A stretch of 64,000 bases of DNA, taken from NCBI GenBank assembly GCA_963514005.1, contig OY740792.1:16306001-16370000 (forward strand), in the 5' to 3' direction. Positions within the stretch are counted from its first letter, which is position 1. Each line of letters opens with the position of its first letter. Made by a program: the position numbers and the translations under genes. This document shows positions 11,970-25,058 of this stretch, in pieces. This DNA comes from Raja brachyura. Taxonomy: Eukaryota. Under the pieces are notes generated by a model, which saw only the letters and a program-made list of their open reading frames with translations, had not been told where the DNA came from and ran no database searches.

Positions 11970-14505
11970 CATAGGGGTGTGGGTAAAATAAAGACAGGAG
12001 AAATAGCCTTGTTCCCACTCAGCAGAGGTCCTGCAACAGCCAGCAATTCCATCCCAGTTCATCCCATTGGTCTCTCAAATGTATGATTGTATGCACAGGG
12101 TGTCCATAAATTGGCCATTCATAATCAAGGGAGCACCTGTAATGTAAATTGGTGTTCTATGATCAGCAACAACTCAGAGCACTGAAGAGCCTATTCCTGT
12201 GTTGTGCAACCCTATGGCTCTAAATTAAAAAAAATAAACAAAGTTTTGAAGTAACTCAGCGGATACGGCAGCATCTCCAGAGAACATGCTAAGTGACGTT
12301 TCGCGTCGGGACCCGAACGTCATCTTTCTACGTTCTCCAGGGATGCTGCCTGACCCCACTGAGTTACTATAACTAGATTCAGAAACTGCAAAATTGACCT
12401 TTCTGCACTAAATTGTTCACTCCCACACAAGGTCTTTTGCTTGTGCATTGATTCGATAGAAGAATTACGTAAAGGTGTTCACATGCATCATTATATTTAT
12501 TATTATTAGTTTGCAATAGGAAACATAATAGCTCTTGTTGAAGCCAAATAGTTGTGAGTTTAGATATGATTCATTTCAATAATACTTTACCGTCACATGT
12601 ACCTAGGTACAGTGAAAATCTTTGGTTTTGCATACAAACTGGTAAAATCATACAGCAGACCTCACCAAGGCAGTACTCAAAGAGTCGTCACATTTCTGGC
12701 ACCCACAAAGTTACAAAAAGTACATTGAACAATCTTATCTTCCCCTATGTTCTCACTCCCCCCCCCCCCCACCCCACCGACTCCCCCCCCCCCCCCCCCC
12801 CTCGTTCTCGGCAGATAGTTTCAATAGTTAAATTCTAAAAATGCATTTGAATAATTAACCATAAATGTTTGAAATATACTTTAACTTGTTAGATTCTTTA
12901 ATATTGGCACAAACCTCCTGAATAGTTGTTGATTATTTTTACATATCCACAATAATGAAAAGTCCACTTCTTTTGCAATTGGAGATGGTGAAGAAATTTA
13001 CAGTTCAAATTAACGAAAAGGTTAGTTATGTGAAATTACAATAATAAAGACTGCAAACATATTTGCAGATTTGTTGTGGTATTTTATGATAAAGAGTAAA
13101 TGAAGAAAACATTTTTATTTTTACGTAATTGCTCACATGCGTTGTTAAAGATAGCACGACCTGATATATGTGTATGCAACAGAGGCCGAGAACCCTAGGC
13201 AACCATTGGAGAATAATGAGGAAAGTTCATCTCTTTAGTTTCCTAAAATCGATGACTCCACTTGTAAGGTTGCCTTGCTACTGCCCACCTCCTCAAAAGT
13301 TACAGATGGCACTCACAGCCCAATGGATTTCATAGGGACCACAATTAAGGAACAGTTTATTTGAACAAAGGCTGCATGTCCCACAAGTACAGATGACTTT
13401 TGTTTTGTGCGTTTCAAACCAAGCGTAGACTTTATGTGCATCTGTGTCTTTCAGTGAACGGAGGCAAAGAGAGGCCATTCAATCAACTCAAACCAACGGG
13501 AAACTTGTTTGTTGTTGCTTTTCAGAATAAGGTGACACTCATTCATTTGATGACTGAACAATTATTTCCACACTGGAATCCAGTCAGTTTTGTCTTGTAT
13601 ATTATTGCTGTGCTTTGATTAAAAGATGTATTGCTTGAGTAGGTGTCTGTGGAAGGCTGAGCAGCCACAGCTTCTGTTATTCTTTCACTGATGTTAATGC
13701 TTATCATTGCTCAGCAGACAGATGAGACTATCTTTTTGGCAGCTTCCCTTCCCCTTATTAGCATTGACTTGTGCTGTTTTGGGAACACCATGCAGTTAAA
13801 CAGCCAAACTTTGCCCTTAGCATCAGTAAATTAGTTTGCAGATAGTTAACTCCTGCACTGGTGTAGAATATGATGCTGAATGTGAAGTAATGAATATGTG
13901 TAAAAAAAAATGTTGCCGCAAAATGTAATTCAAAGACATGATTGTAATCGAATTACATGGATAGTCTGTGCTTTATCTTTCAAATTGATGTTTCTTTCTA
14001 CTATACAAAGAACTAGATTTAAATGGTGCAATAGAGTAATGGTGAATTTGTAGCCTATTTTGTATCTCATAATATATTTCATTCCTTTAAGAGTGGGTTT
14101 TATGTCAGAACTGTCAAAATATGCACTGTTATGAGCAAAGAGATCTGAGTGAGCATTTAAAAATATTTCCAATGTCTTTATCACTGTACAAGAGCAGGCT
14201 AAATACTCAACAATGCAAATGAAGAAATGCAATCGAGAACACTTAGAATATTGTGTTTATTTTGCTCATCATGGAAAGATGTTGTCAAGCTGGAATGGTG
14301 CAAAGAAGATTTACGTGAATGTTGCCAATGACACAAGGGCCTGAGCTATAGGGAGAGGCCTGTTTTCATGCAGTATGACTCTATGTCTATGACAAACTCA
14401 GAAACTATAGGCAGTGCAAAGGAAAGGTACAGAGTACAGGATATAGTTCTCAGCAATGTAGCACACCAGTTCCCTAGGCAAAGTCCAATGTAACAGTGGA
14501 GTAGA

Positions 14506-14618
14506 GGAAACCACACGGTCACAGGGAGAATGTGCAAACTCCACACAGACAGGACCCGAGGTCAGGATTGAACACGGTTCTCTAGTGCTGTGAGAAAGCA
14601 GCTCTACCAGCTGTGCCA
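14506..14618 (-). mobile_element. HE1-like V-SINE 5' fragment
   Basis: Reverse complement of the tRNA-like head plus central domain. Confidence 0.65.
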
Positions 14619-14736
14619 TGCAGCCACGCTTAAAGATGTTACACTCTTTGAAGAAACCTTGAGTACCTGCTTGAATATATATATTTTTCAGATTCCCACA
14701 AATCTATAGAGATTTATTTTAGTATTTAGAGGTACC

Positions 14737-15033
14737 GCATGGAAACTGGTCATTCGGCCCTCAGAGTCCACACGGACCTTCAATTACCCATTCACACTAG
14801 TTCTATGTTATCCCACTTTTGCATGCACTCGCTACACACTCGGGACAATTTACAGCCGCCAATTAACCTGCAAACCTGCTTGGCTTTGCGATGTGGAAGG
14901 AAACCAGAGCACCCAGAGGAAACCCATAGGGTCAAAGGGAAAGCGTGCAAACTCCTCACAGACAGCGCTAATAGTCAGGATTGAAACCGGGCCTCTGGCA
15001 CTGGGAGCAGCAGCTCTACGGTGGCGCCACTGT
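14737..15033 (-). mobile_element. HE1-like V-SINE
   Basis: Full-length reverse-complement copy of the 3878-4176 family. Confidence 0.75.
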
Positions 15034-16093
15034 GCTGCCCACAGTGACACCTGCAAGCTTTTACTTCCATGCAACAAAAAAGGATATTTTAATGTTTAAC
15101 TTTGAGAAAACAACAAAATTACAACATGATGTGCAAATGAATGGCATGGCCTGTCGTTTTGCTGCCTCACAGTGCCAGCAACCCACGCTCAGTTCTGACC
15201 TCTGGTACCATCTGTGCAGAATCTGCGCTTCCTCTGGGTGGGTTTTTTCTTTGTGCTCTGATTTCCTCCCACATCCAAAAGACATGTAGTTTGGTAGGTT
15301 AATTAACCGTTCTAAATTGCCCCCATTTTTAGGTAAGTAATAGAATCTGAAGTAGGTGGGGATGTAGGGAGAAATAGATTACAAGAAAATTAATGGAGAA
15401 ATGGGCTAGTATGGATGGTGGGCCAAATAGCCTCCATCTATGGCATAAGGAAATACAGAAAAGCATAGGAAAGGAAAACTTAAAGCAAATGTCATCAGTA
15501 GAGGGTGATGAACAGTTAGATTAGCTTGCTGGGTAAGGAACATTGAGAGGCAGAAAATGAATTAGTTTAAGAAATGTGCATTTTTATTGGATTGATATTT
15601 TGCTTGATGTGCACCTTATATTATACATTAAATCAATATAGGTCTCTTGCTTGATATTGATGTAGGATGATCCATAATGATGCAGGAGTGAGGAAGTTCA
15701 TGTCCTGAAGTTGCACATTGTGGCAGGATACAATTCTGTTGCTGCTGATCAGTGCACCATTTTCATTAAACCCCAATTTTGAACAAATAACTTGCTTCAC
15801 CTACACCCATGTGTGTATGGTGACATTAATCAGTGGTTAGCTTAACTCCACAAAACTTGAGAATTGTATTGATTCTTTTACCAAAGTCAATTTTGCCCAC
15901 TGTTTCAGCGGCATCTTGCTGGATGTGTGAGACCGAACATGTTTTAGTTGACGTTCCTTCATTGGAGCAGTTATCATAAATTGAACTAAGTTCACGCTGA
16001 ATATTGAGTGAAATGAAATCAGTGTACTAAAAATAATAAATAACTCAAATCATATTAGATCACACTTTTAAACTTTTAAACTTTATATATATA

Positions 16094-16847
16094 CTAGACC
16101 AAGTGCAGACCCATTGGGTCTGCTCCCCCAACGCACCCGTTCCCTACCCGTAGCCCCCACGGGAGGCGTGGTCCTCCAACGCAAGCCGCTCCTGAATGTA
16201 AGATTCCAGCACTCCCCTTGCTTCCTTCAGCAATGCTCTTTAAAAAAATTCCAATTGCACTTGCCCTGCGTGTTGCAATGGCTTTATTTTACCCATTCCC
16301 CTTCCTAGTGGAGCCATTGTGACATCATCAGTTGAAGCTGCCATTGTGACATCATCAGTTGAAGCTGGTCAGTTTGAAATTCAAGGTATTTTGCTTTTTT
16401 TTACTTTAATCAGTAATGCCGAGAAATAAAGCATAAAATGTTCAGTGAAAGTGATCTCTGCCTAGAGGGGGAAAAATGTGAATCTGAATATGTAAAAATC
16501 TCGTGAAAGTTGGTATTTTTAAAGCTTTAATCGCAAATAACGTGTCAAATATAGGATGAAATCTTCACTGAGGCTGTTCGCTGCTAGCCTAGCCATTGTG
16601 ATGTCATCAATTGAAGCTGGTGACTTTTTAATTTTTGAGACTTTTAATCGTAATGTTGAGAATAAGTCGAGAATTAAAGCATAAAATGTTCAGATAAGGT
16701 GATCCCGGCCTCGATGGGAAATATGTCAATTGGAATATGTACAAATGTTATTGTTAGCGCGTAGTGTTTTCGCGAAGATATAAAGACAACCACATATACA
16801 CACACATATACACACGTAAAAGATCAGACTTTTAATAAGTATATATG

Positions 16848-16848
<1 letters not shown>
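16094..16848 (-). mobile_element. Non-autonomous Helitron
   Basis: On the minus strand: 5'-TC start, 3'-CTAG end, subterminal hairpin gcagaccc-att-gggtctgc (16105-16123), inserted between A and T with no TSD. Confidence 0.8.

Positions 16849-16852
<4 letters not shown>

Positions 16853-16913
<61 letters not shown>
16853..16913. repeat. (TA)n microsatellite
   Basis: About 30 dinucleotide units. Confidence 0.98.
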
Positions 16914-16918
<5 letters not shown>

Positions 16919-19594
16919 TTCAGATCACATTTAGAATGACATTTAACGTTGAAATAAAATAACTGCTTTTTCCAAAAAGGTATACAGTCCTCTCAATGAA
17001 TTCATGAACATCATTGGTACAATATTACATTTTTACTTATTTTTCTGTTGTTTACTGGAATTTAAATTGAACTAATCTTTGAATTAAAATAAGTTTCAAG
17101 TATTTTACCAGGATCAGTAATTCACAAATGGCATGGTTGCCTGCATACTATATCATATGTTAAGGAAATATCTTGTACCACAGTAATATTAAGGAAAGTG
17201 CAACACGGATCACTGTATATGTAGGCTGTTCATTCTGTGAGCATTGAGCTCGCTCTAATACCTATACACATGCAAAGACCATACTGTTGTTGAAAACGCA
17301 TTCATTTTTAATTTGCTTCAATAGCATTATCCATAATTTCAAAATGATGTCACAAAAATTAATTTTGCTGGTAAAGAAGTCATGCTCCAATCTAATTAAA
17401 TATTTTAACCTGTATAAGTGTCTTATTCCCAGTGAATCCATCCTTTAATTGGAAAATATAAGGGCTAAAGCTAATGATTGCCAGGGTGATCATGAGTCCA
17501 TTACAAACCAGCACTTGATTATCACAAATTACCTTCAGTTCTATCTTTCATTTCACCTGTGACACCAATTACTAATAGCAACCTATGGGATATGGTACTT
17601 TATTTAAATCACAATAACCTCAAAAGCTTTTACATTGAGGAAAAAAAGACAGTAATATTAAATAAAATGTCCAGGTTCAAAGCGTAGAAGTTTGCTTTTG
17701 AAAAGGGCATTAATTTTAAGGGAACTCCAGTCTGAAGAAGGGTTTCTGAGTTTGTGTCTAAGAATGATTCAAATACTTATTTGGTTCAATGGTGATTTTA
17801 TTGTCACATGTGCAAAGTGCTAACACAGCGAAATTTGTTTTCTCGCAAACAGGCCAGAGGGGTATTGCCATACCCCCGATCTGGTGAAATTCTACATTGA
17901 GATTGCAGGCATGGGTCACCATGTAAATTAAAAAAACAAAATAATTCTGTCCTTATTTTCTTTTTCTGACACCATGAATCTGAAGCCAATTATTTCAAGC
18001 AAATAGCACTTTCGAGTGACCTTTTCGAGTCAGGACTTTTCTTCAAACTCAGGACAAGGTCTTTCTAGCCTTACTATTGATTTATAAGTGAGCATACCAG
18101 AGTGTGTCTTCAACATATGTAGCTTTAAGAAACAAGTATATTTTATACTTTAATCTCATTATCATTTTTTTTATAACCTTTCCAATAAAATATCATCTTA
18201 GAACATTTTGTATTTAAAATAAATTATGCATGGGCTATAGAATGCACATTGGTGAACAATTTGAAAGTTGAATTAATCCATTAATGTATTTTAAGGATAG
18301 CATTGCACACTGCATCTATAATACCTATAAATGATAAATGTTTTAAAAGTATATTTAACACACAGGCAAATGTGTTAAAATTGTGTAATTATTTTTGGGA
18401 TGTGTACTATCAGAGACTCTGGGGAATGAGCTTCATCTTATTCACACAATTTTTAGCAACGAGAGAAATTGTAACCTTTCTTTCAGATTTATTGACTTTT
18501 AAATGATATCTCAGAACAGCTTAGTAATTTTAAGAGTGAAAAGAAAGATCCCAACTCGAAACATCGCCTATCCATGTCCTCTTGACATGCTGCCTGACCC
18601 GCTGAGTTGCTCAGCATTTTGTGCTTTTTAGTAATTTTTAAATTGGCAATTACAAATAAAAATTGCTAAACCACCACATATTGATTGGGAATAATTGGAG
18701 AGCATTGGGGAATAAGCAAAAAACTGGACTGAGCTGATTAGTCTTCTTGGAACTAACATGGCTCAATAGACTAAATAGCCTCCTTCCATGCTATGACAAT
18801 TCACTGCTGAATCTAAATAGAACGAGCCTTGCAGTAAGGCAGTGCACTACAGCTCATTTATGTTGCTTACACATGGACACTTACAGCTCATCAATCACCT
18901 ATTTGACTGGACAAATCAATAATTTCATAGACAAAATTTGATTATGATTACCGAAAGGTAAATATGCAAAAGTTAACCTGATCAGATCATTACCAAATTC
19001 TCCACACGAGTAAAAGATTGGGATCTGGAAACAATGCAACTGCACCTGTTACTTTCAAGCACGACAAGAGGGAATTAATTTACTTGACTACTTAATTACC
19101 GCATGTCCTTTCTAATTCAACCCTCTTTCCAGCGCTTGCAATGAATCTGCGCCACCTCTCACTGCCCAAGTCACCTTTCCCCAACCCCCTCTCCTTCGCA
19201 CTGGTGTCCCAACCACTACCACCCTCCTGACCCAGATACACAATGGGTTTGGAGTCACCTGAGGGCAATTAAAAGCCAGCAGCGATGAATTCCCACAGGA
19301 TGCAATTCAATCTTCTGTAAATTACTGATGGCAGATACCCACGTGCCATTTCTGGATGCCAGTTTCCTACCTGTTTGATGTAACCTGGTTCTGTGTTTAA
19401 AGGAGACATTACATTTTCTTCGACCTGGTGGAGTATAAGTTAATATTACTTGCTGTTTACATGTGCTGTGAAGTTATTTCAACACCGCTATTTGTTTTTG
19501 CTAGCCAGATTTTCCTATCACATAGATAGCCTCCGAGTACCATTTTAAATGTTTACTGAGAATTGAAAAGACAAATAAATTCTAACTGTGAATT

Positions 19595-19715
19595 TGAGCT
19601 TCTGGTTGCCTGTCATTTTAATTCTCCACTTTGCTCCCATTCTGATTTTCATCTCTTTCCCTTTTACATTGTTTCAATGAAGCCCAATATGATCTCTTCT
19701 TCCAATTTGGCATAT
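19595..19715 (+). mobile_element. Penelope-like element GIY-YIG C-terminal relic
   Basis: ELLVACHFNSPLCSHSD..LHCFNEA resembles the Penelope ..PVA.HFNSP.HSHSD....LHC.NEA motif. Confidence 0.5.
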
Positions 19716-19978
19716 GATTGTTGGGGCAGTTATATTATTTATATTTGTATTTCTACTTCCCTACACCACCGAGGGAGGCCATTCAGTCCTTCGAGTCTGT
19801 GCTGGCTCAAACCAATCCTATCAATCTCATTCACCTACTTACTTCCCTCTCACCCATACTCTTCCATATTGCCGTCAACTTTCCTAATTCTTCCACATCC
19901 TACTCTAGGAGTAATTTAGTTAATCTACCAACTTGCACATCCTGGATATGGGAGGAAACAGAAGCACCCTACCTACGG

Positions 19979-20215
19979 GTGCTGCCTATCCTGACTCGGG
20001 TGCTATCTGTACGGAGCTTGCAAGTTCTCCCTGTGACCGCTCGGGCTTTCTCCGGGTGCTCTATTTTCCTCCCACGTTCCAAAGACGTGCAGGTTTTTAG
20101 GTGAATTGACTTCTGTAAATTGCTCCTAGTATGTAGGATAGAACTGGTGTACAGGGTGATCGTTGGTCGGCCCATAGGCACTGTTTCCATGCTGTATCTC
20201 TGAAAACTAAACTAA
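19979..20215 (+). mobile_element. HE1-like V-SINE (5'-truncated)
   Basis: Central V-domain plus tail ...ctgtttccatgctgtatctc..aaactaaactaaa. Confidence 0.75.
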
Positions 20216-20787
20216 AATCAAAACACAAGAGAAAGCCACAGAAAACAGTGGGGGTCAAAATAGTACTTGGATCAGTGGAACCACTGAATTCTCAATTTCA
20301 AATAACCACATTTCCAGTATGTATCAATACTGATACATTGTTAAAGTGTCATCAACATACATTATTAACTCCATCCTTCATTCCCCACAGACACTGTGTA
20401 CCTGCTGAGTATTGTAGCATTCTTTGTTTTACTTCAGATTTCCAGCATCTGCAAGGTTTTAGTTTTCACAGTTCCAGCATCTTCTGGAGCTCCTCTGCTG
20501 TGTTCCCACCAACTAGATCATCCCACAGATTACTAGACTGATGCTCCTCTAAACGCTCATTCCAATGCAGCCAATCTCCCTCTGGACATTAATTCCAGTT
20601 GGAGCATTGAGCAATGTGATGTTTAAGGATCAAGAGTTTCACTGTTTGTTGATTTTATGCAAAGAATTGAAAACAAATCACTTTTGAAAAAAACACTAAT
20701 GTTCACAAATGTGATTCCCATCCATAATTGCCCTTGAACTAAGGGCAGTTGAGACTTAAGTCATCGCCGTGAGTCTAAAGTCATAAT

Positions 20788-21552
20788 ACAAGATTCAAGA
20801 GATTCAAGAGAGTTTATTGTCATGTGTCCCAGATAGGACAATGAAATTCTTGCTTTGGTTCAGCACAACAGAATATAGTAGGCACAAATTCAGATCAGTG
20901 TGTCCATATACCATTGAATAAATATATACACACACAAATAAATAAACAGATAAAGTGCAATGGGCTATTAATGTTCAGAGTTTTGTATGAGTTGGGTTTA
21001 GTAGCCTGATGGCTGTGGGGAAGAGCTGTTCCTGAACCTGGATGTTGCAGATTTCAGGCTCCTGTACCTTCTACCTGAGGGCAGCGGGGAGATGAGTGAG
21101 TGGCCAGGATGGTGTGGGTCCTTGATGATGCTGGCAGCCTTTTTGAGGCAGCAGCTGCAGTAGATCCCCTCGATGGTAGGGAGGTCAGAGCCGATGATGG
21201 ACTGGGCAGTGTGTACAACTTTTTGTAGTCTTTTACGCTCCTGGGCGCTCAAGTTGCCAAACCAAGCCACGATGCAACCGGTCAGCATGCTCTCTACTGT
21301 GCACCTATAGAAGTTTGAGAGAGTCCTTCTTGACATACCGACTCTCCGTAATCTTCTCAGGAAGTAGAGGCGCTGATGTGCTTTCATTATAATTGCATCC
21401 ATGTTCTCGGACCAGGAGAGATCTTCAGAGATATGGACGCCCAGAATTTGAATCTCTTGACCCTCTCCACCATCGGCCCGTTGATATAAACGGGACTATG
21501 GGTCCCCATCCTACCCCTTCCAAAGTCCACAATCAGTTCCTTGGTTTTGCTG
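20788..21552 (-). mobile_element. Rex1/Babar-type LINE 3' fragment
   Basis: ORF 20998-21402: KAHQRLYFLRRLRRVGMS..LSNFYRCTVES.LTGCIVAWFGN...HPGHSL.SPLPSGRRYRS (post-RT region). Tandem tcttgaa tail. Confidence 0.85.
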
Positions 21553-22559
21553 GCACCATTTGGTCAAACGGTCGATCTCCCTTCTATACTCACATTGCAG
21601 ATTTCCATCTGGACAACATCAGTGAAGTGGGTGATTATAAACAATCCAATAGTTTCATCATCATCTTTCTCCCTTCAATACCTCTCTCTCGTCTACTCCA
21701 TTAGAATAAAGGGTCCCGAGCTCAAGCATTGCCTTTACATGTCCCTCCACAGATACTGTTTAAGAAAGAACTGCAGATGCTGGTAAATCAAAGGTAGACA
21801 CAAAATGCTGGAGTAACTCAGCCGGTGAGGTGAGGGTGAGTCTGATGAAAGGTCTCGACCCGAAATATTGCCAATTCCTTCTCTCCATAGATGCTGCCTC
21901 ACCCGCTGAGTTATGCCAGCATTTTGTGTCTACCCTCCACAAATACTGCCTGGCCTACTGGTTGTTTTCCAGCATTTTGTTTTATGCTGCTTCATTATCA
22001 TAACTTTTGATAATCTCACTCACTCGTATACTTCCACACACCCTCACACAGTCTCTCACACACACACACTCGCACTCAATAAACAGGAGATTAACATGGA
22101 ACTGACAATGAATGAAGCTCTAGTGCCATCACATGGGTGATTTGGGAAAGCACACTTTCCCTCAATCGACCAAACTTGCGCTGGCACATTGAAGGTGATG
22201 GAAAAAATCATCATCATTATCTCTCTTTCGGAGGCAGCACCCAACATGTAAATATCATTCGTAAGCAGTTCACAATAAGCGAGTTCGGTATTTCAACAGC
22301 GCATGTCCAGGTCATAGGTCACTCGAGAAGAACATTCTTGCCAGCTGAGCTGCTGCGTGTGTACGGACCTACGTATTCATTTGAATGAGATTTATAAATA
22401 AATGTATCCATTAAATATATCTGCAGTAAGCCATAGCGTACTGCAGGTTGCACAAATCCACAGTTAAATATCTTATATCCAGGGGTAGAGCGCTGCCGAA
22501 GCTCACTGCAGCGCCACTCCAGCACTTCTATAAAAATATTACGGGGATCCTGGATAAAG

Positions 22560-22882
22560 TGAACAAACTCTGTTCTTATCCCAGAGTGAGGGATTTTAAA
22601 ACTGGAGAAAATTGGCTTGAAGTGAGGGGGGTGAGATTTAGGAAGGGGTTCAAGGATAATAATTTCACTGAGAGCGTAGAATGAATCTGGAATGGGCTGC
22701 CAGTGAATAAATAGGGTCTAATAAATTTAGGACGTTAGAACATTTGGACAGATGCATACATAGGAAGAATCTAGAGGGTTGTATGACAAATCCAGGGAAA
22801 AGGGACAGACCAGAAAGCTACCTTGGTCGGCAAAGACTGGTGGGCCGACTCGCCCGTTGCTGGCTGTATAAGTCTATGGCTG
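22560..22882 (+). mobile_element. CR1-clade LINE 3' end (degenerate)
   Basis: Encodes LEVRGVRFRKGFKDNNFTESV..WNGLP plus the CR1 tail. Confidence 0.65.
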
Positions 22883-23712
22883 CATAACTCCACAGATTGT
22901 ATTAGGTCTCATTGAAAGCTACCGTCTGAACGATCGCAAAAAGAGGTGCACCCTACAACGACACCACGCAAGACTTGAAGGATGATATCAAGGAGCTCGG
23001 CTCCAACTGCAGTAGACAAACGATAATATTTCAGGTGGAATGAAGTTCGAGTGGAATAAATAGTGTGACCACAATTGATTTGGCAGTGGATAGTCTTGCT
23101 GCCTAAAGGGTTCACAACATTCTCACCTGGGCTGCCCTCCCGGGTTATACAGCATGGCCGGCCGAAGGGGGGGTGCTTTGGGTGTGGTCGCACCCCCCTT
23201 TTTTCCCCCCCAGAGTGAGAAAAAATCCAGGAAAAAAAACCAAACAATTTTGAGCGCAATCAGCGATTCCACTTAGACGGAAATTACCCGAAATTCTGGT
23301 TCAGGCCCGCTGGATGATTTGGGAGAAAAAAATTTGCGACAATCCGCGCCTGTGTAGTTGGGGGAAGCCGTTGACGCGGTAGTGACACAAAATGACGCTG
23401 TCTCTCCGCACGTGCGCAGAGGGCCTGTGCGGGATCAGATCACCATTTGTACTCCACACAATCAGAGATCGCCTCCACGCCTCGTGTCTACTCTGGGTAA
23501 GTAGTGGAATATTGCGTTGCCGGAGGGGGAATCTGTTTTTTATCCTGGGTAGCAAAATACCCGCGAGGGTTCCAATCTGGCCCGCAGGGTGATTTGGAAA
23601 AAAAAGCAGTGTCCGTTTCTCAGGGCCCGGGGGGGGGGCTGTGGTGTCTCCATCGCCTCCGTCCGTGACGTCGGAGTCTCACGCTGGTCAGCCTGGCGTC
23701 CAGCAAGCGGGT

Positions 23713-23892
23713 CCGTGAGATGTTCAAAGCTTGGGATATTTTTTTATAACCTAACCTTGCTTTAAACTTCTCCACAACTTTATCCCTGACCTGTCTGGTG
23801 TGTTCCTTGGGCTTCATGATGCTGTTTGTTCACTAATGTTCTCTAACAAACCTCTGAGGCCTTCACAGAACAGCTGTATTTATACGGAGATT
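23713..23892 (-). mobile_element. Tc1-family transposase 5' fragment
   Basis: MKPKEHTRQVRDKVVEKFKARLGYKKISQALNISR is a paired-like HTH N-terminus of Tc1 transposases; upstream untranslated sequence is included. Confidence 0.85.
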
Positions 23893-24759
23893 AGACCGTT
23901 CTCCCATCATCAGGCGGGAGCGGGATCAGGAACGACTGAATCTGCATGCATTCCTGGCAGCGGCCGTGACCGCGATACCAGGCGCCGCTCCGGCCGGGTC
24001 CACGCCTCCCATGCCTCCCCCTCCTGCTGGGCCCACGCCACCTTCCGACCTTCTGACCTTCCGCCCACACCACCCCCACGCGCTGGGCCCACGACACCTT
24101 CACCCCCCCTCCTGCCGGGCCCACACCACCTTCCACCCCCGCCGGGCCCACGCCATCCCCACCAGCCCCCCCGCCGCGGGCCCTCACCTCACCCCGCCCC
24201 CCCCCCCCCCCACCGCAGGTCCTCGCCTTTCCCCCCTGCCGGGCCCACGCCTCCCCCGCTGGGCCCATGCCAACTCATGGCGCAGCATGGGGGGGAGAGA
24301 GAGGGGGGAATGTGAGAAGGGGAGAGGGGGGAGAGACAGAGGGGGGAGAGACAGAGGGGGGAGAGAGGAAGGGGAGGGGAGGGGGAGAGAGACAGAGAGA
24401 GAGGGGATGAGGAGGAGAGAGAGATGGGGAGGGAGGGAGGGAGAGGTGTAGCGAGAGGGACAGGGAAGGAGGAGGGGAAGAGGGAAAGGGGGATTATCTT
24501 TAGTGAGATTGCAAAATTAAGAGGTTTTAGAGCAAGGATATTTTCTCCTCCATATGAATAATATCAAACAATTGGAACTGCTTTCTTTTCCTTGAGAACA
24601 ATACTGAAAAATATGAATTCCATAGTTTGCGACTTTCTTTTTGCATCATATTCTAATATAATTTGAATATTCTAAAAATCTGCATGTTTTCAGGGTCATC
24701 GTGGATCTGTCTGCAGAAGTCCATTGATGATGTTGCTGCTGGGGGGAGGAGGAGGTGGT

Positions 24760-25058
24760 GCGAGGTGACGTCAGTTGCAGTGTGACCAACGTCAGGCAGA
24801 CCCATTGTCACGTCACCAGCGGAAAAAAAACAGACGATTTGAATTCAAAGTTGGATCAGATTTGTGAAGATTTTTATTAATAACACAAGAAATAAAGCAT
24901 GCATTTTTCAGGTAAGCCGACCTTTGACTCCGGGGGTAGATCTCTACAGGAATATGTAAAAATGTTCCCATTAATGCATCGTTTCTTCGAGTAGATGTGA
25001 TCACACACAAACAAATAAATACACACACACATCCAAGTTCAGAGTTTTATAGTTATAT
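24760..25058 (-). mobile_element. Helitron 5' portion (related to 16094-16848)
   Basis: Shared organisation: attgtsacgtca motifs, aatatgtaaaaatgtt, CA-rich tract, cagagttttata end. Confidence 0.5.

Noticed and set aside
23800-24451. Pro/Gly/Arg-rich ORFs of 125-171 aa
   Set aside because: Low-complexity GC and purine tracts inside a composite repeat.
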